Virus record (IMG/VR): IMGVR_UViG_3300045988_176357
Span: 128,001-192,000 of that record
Source of the DNA: a virus
Length of the DNA stretch: 64,000 nucleotides
Reading direction: 5' to 3' (one strand)
The notes under the pieces were generated by a model, which worked only from the letters and a program-made list of their open reading frames with translations, made no database searches and had not been told where the DNA came from. Both the position numbers and the translations under genes were made by a program. Below, piece after piece: positions 61,272 to 64,000 of the stretch (positions are counted from its first letter, which is position 1; the number at the start of each line of letters is the position of its first letter).

Positions 61272-61653
61272 AGTCGGCGTACCGGTAGTGGCTCAGGTGC
61301 GTAGGTTTCTTGCACTCTCAATCAAGGAACATACAGACATCAAGCGTGACTATAGAACTCGCGATTCCAAGTGTGACGAGCATGCAGAAAGCTGTACGAA
61401 GTACCAACGACGCCTATATGCTTCAGTATACTATGACAGCTGCAAGTTTATTTGCGCAATGAATGGGCTGCAGAGAGCAATCAATTACAGGCTCAGACAT
61501 AAAGATATGAGCGGGTATGTCGACAAGATCACCCAGGATAAGTGGTACGCCGAGTTGACACGAATTCTTCTCCGATCACTCTTGGCCGAAGACACAATAG
61601 AACAGTTCATCAACTACATGGAGGGAAAGAGCACAAAATAAAGGACACAGCCT

Positions 61654-62394
61654 ATGTTGCAGGCAATCAAACGACTCATCAAACGTATCACAATCAACCT
61701 AATCAGAGCAGTAAGGAAACTATTCACAACAAACACAACGGCAAGCGTTGCCACTAAAACAAAGAAAGAAGAAAGAATGAAAAACACGAAAACAACCGCA
61801 ATCACTCTCGCATCCGCAACCTCCTACAACCTCCAGTTCTTCCGTAAGGATGGACAGCGCTGGTTCGCCCAGAGAGACGTCACGTGCGTCTACGGGGCCA
61901 ACTACTATCCCGGTGCTAACATTGGCCGCCCTGTGATAGTGTCCAAGACAGATTTCGAGTACTTCGCCAACAACAAGAGAGCCTACAGAGGCCGTGTGTA
62001 CCTTCCTGAGAAGGAACTTGTACAGTACATCAAGGACAGAACCGAAGTCGCTCTGGACGCACGCAAGATGCACATGAAAGGCAACCACACAGCAGGCTGG
62101 TCGACTTTCGCAGCTGACGCAATCGAGCAGCTGTTTGGTATGAAGGTACCTGTCAGTGCTGTGGCAACCAAAGCACTCAGCCCGTCCACTAACCCGGAGA
62201 GAAGGAGAGTGGAGGAGGCGCTCGCCAACGACAGCAACGCACGCAGAGCATATGTCTCCGGTCGTCGCGCACGCGCGTACGCGAGAGCGATCACGTTCAA
62301 CATGGACAAACAGGAGTCGCTGCTGTACAGCGTCTTCGGAAAGGAAAGTAATGACAGTAATAGAAATCGCAATCGGCAGACCAAAGGAAAATGA
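61654..62394 (+). CDS. Hypothetical protein
   Basis: ORF. Confidence 0.4.
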   Translation: MLQAIKRLIKRITINLIRAVRKLFTTNTTASVATKTKKEERMKNTKTTAITLASATSYNLQFFRKDGQRWFAQRDVTCVYGANYYPGANIGRPVIVSKTDFEYFANNKRAYRGRVYLPEKELVQYIKDRTEVALDARKMHMKGNHTAGWSTFAADAIEQLFGMKVPVSAVATKALSPSTNPERRRVEEALANDSNARRAYVSGRRARAYARAITFNMDKQESLLYSVFGKESNDSNRNRNRQTKGK

Positions 62395-62806
62395 AGCTTC
62401 CGAGACTGTATTCGTCAGTGATACCTATGTAGCTGCAAATTGGCTGCTGGCAAAGGCTGCGCGTACATTGGAATCAGGCAGCTTCAAGAAACTGGAGGGC
62501 AGACGGCGCTTCAATGTCGAGCTGACTCAGCAGTATCTTGACAAGCAACTGGAAGAGGACAGTGTGTATCTTGAATTCGGGAAGCAGAACGACATTCTGT
62601 TCTGGGTCAATCTGAATGTTGTCGAAGTGATCGACACAGCAGAAGTCGCCGAAGCTTAACAGCACCAGTCGTAGAGATTCACTGTGCACACGTATAAGTG
62701 CACAATTCCTGCAGGGGCATCGGATACAAGTCCGGTGTCCCTGCTCTTTAGTACGCTACAGCATTTGTTACCGGCCAATAAGACCGGCAGCAACAAAAGA
62801 GGTATT

Positions 62807-63754
62807 ATGACAAAGACTATTGTCAAAAGAGACGGACGCACAGAAGCGTTCGATGCCGCCAAAATCAAAGCAGCAATCGAAGCAGCAATGGTAGCTGTGC
62901 ACAAAGGGCTGACAGGTGACCTCGCACAGAAAGCTGTGCAGCTGTCAGAGCAGATCGCACAGAGCACAGAAGACGGTGCCAGCATAGAAAGCATCCAGGA
63001 CAGGGTCGAGAAGGGTCTGATGGATGCAGATCTGATAGAGGAAGCCAAAGCCTACATCAAGTACAGAGCGGCGCGTACGGATATACGTGAGGCCCGCACG
63101 CACCTGATGAAGATCATCGACAGCTTCTTCACAGAGAAGCAGGACGACGGCAGCTCGCACAAAGAAAATGCGAACATCAATGCGTCCTCAGTATCTGGAG
63201 CCTTCTACAGAATCGGCTCGGAGGCAAGCAAGGACTATTATACCAGGTGTCTGATTCCGTCTGAATTCGTAGAAGCGCATACGAACGGATATTTGCATTA
63301 TCACGATGCAGACTATTATGGTCTCAGTCTCAACTGTATGCAGCATGACCTCGGTAAGATGTTTAAGAAAGGTTTCTCCACAGGCAACGCCTATATAGGG
63401 GAGCCTCAGAGCATCACATCAGCAATGGCGCTGACTTGTGTTATTCTGCAGAGCGGGCAGACGGACCTGTTCGGCGGCGAGAGCATTCCGGCATGGGACT
63501 TCTACATGGAACCCTATGTTGAGAAGAGCTTTAAGAAGGCGCTGAAGAAGCATCTCGAGAACATGGCCTTTGCGCCTGCGAACATGCAGGAGCTGTGGGT
63601 CAAGGAAAACGGGTACCAGGAACACACACCTGTGTTCGAGAACGACGACTTATACAAGGCCTACAAGTGGGCCAAGCGTGACGTCGAAGCTGAGACGTAC
63701 CAGGCTGCACAAGCCATGGTGTATAACTTGAATTCCTTAGCCAGCAGGGCCTGA
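62807..63754 (+). CDS. nrdD: Anaerobic ribonucleoside-triphosphate reductase NrdD, N-terminal part (ATP-cone + start of catalytic domain)
   Basis: ATP-cone IVKRDGRTEAFDAAKIKAAIEAA. GYLHYHDADYYGLSLNC resembles the NrdD IHIHDLD region. Only 315 aa, so the rest must lie beyond the intron and the window. Confidence 0.5.
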   Translation: MTKTIVKRDGRTEAFDAAKIKAAIEAAMVAVHKGLTGDLAQKAVQLSEQIAQSTEDGASIESIQDRVEKGLMDADLIEEAKAYIKYRAARTDIREARTHLMKIIDSFFTEKQDDGSSHKENANINASSVSGAFYRIGSEASKDYYTRCLIPSEFVEAHTNGYLHYHDADYYGLSLNCMQHDLGKMFKKGFSTGNAYIGEPQSITSAMALTCVILQSGQTDLFGGESIPAWDFYMEPYVEKSFKKALKKHLENMAFAPANMQELWVKENGYQEHTPVFENDDLYKAYKWAKRDVEAETYQAAQAMVYNLNSLASRA

Positions 63755-63763
63755 TTGGCCCCT

Positions 63764-64000
63764 TCACACCGCGAGGTGTGTCGAACAAGAAAGTGAATTG
63801 CTGGGACACCTTAACGGGTCATGCCGAAGGCAATCAGCAGCCGAGCCTTGTATCGAGAGCTACCCGGTACAAGAAAGGTTCATCGACTATCCCATAAGGA
63901 ATGGGAGTACCCGACAAGTGAAGGGGAAGCACTCTTGGTTGGGAACAACCAAATGATATAGTCAGTGCTTCATGGAAACATGAAGAGTGGTCTCGAAAGA
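63764..64000 (+). ncRNA. Group I intron (partial, runs off window) downstream of nrdD fragment
   Basis: tcacaccgcgaggtgtgtcgaacaagaaagtgaattgctgggacaccttaacgggtcatgcc... Same family as pol intron 1. Confidence 0.6.

Overview
This window looks like part of a large virulent phage genome with about 48% GC. Every credible gene is on the + strand and tightly packed, often translationally coupled through overlapping ATGA or ATG..TGA. The long ORFs are intact under the standard genetic code.

Recognisable content is a replication, recombination and nucleotide-metabolism module:
- SbcD/Mre11 nuclease and SbcC/Rad50 ATPase
- an SF2 DExH helicase
- a DnaB-family helicase that carries a LAGLIDADG intein in its Walker A loop
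- a UvsX/RecA-like recombinase
- a T7-like family A DNA polymerase
- a RusA resolvase, a ThyX flavin-dependent thymidylate synthase, and an ATP-cone NrdD anaerobic ribonucleotide reductase fragment
- a dual-specificity phosphatase and a compact FNT-like membrane channel

The window is heavily colonised by self-splicing elements. I count at least 10 group I-type introns, recognised by their conserved R and S core motifs (GTTCAGAGACTA-like and AAGATATAGTCC-like). Five of them carry an IS605-type tnpB and are therefore IStrons: two TnpB families, with two of the copies sharing the same premature TAG. Four introns split the DNA polymerase gene into five exons. IStrons also split sbcC, an LRR-like repeat protein and a poly-beta-grasp protein, and in each case splicing restores the reading frame.

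Three paralog families are strongly expanded:
- six proteins with a conserved N-terminal domain followed by a variable number of N-S-G-N-x pentapeptide repeats, predicted to form a beta-helix
- two proteins built from roughly 23-aa LRR-like repeats
- about ten small proteins of roughly 115 aa with a CPDWAQYAAVD motif, encoded immediately downstream of the repeat-protein genes and in one case fused to one

The most unusual locus is 43.8-54.1 kb. It holds a 600-nt structured non-coding region, a compact retron-like reverse transcriptase separated from that region by an IStron, two unknown proteins, and an E1 (ThiF)-like protein, a JAB/JAMM peptidase, a small Ubl and a multi-beta-grasp-domain protein. 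This reads as a phage-borne reverse transcriptase plus ubiquitin-like conjugation module.

All splice junctions are inferred by eye from frame continuity and conserved intron ends. Expect an error of a few nucleotides.
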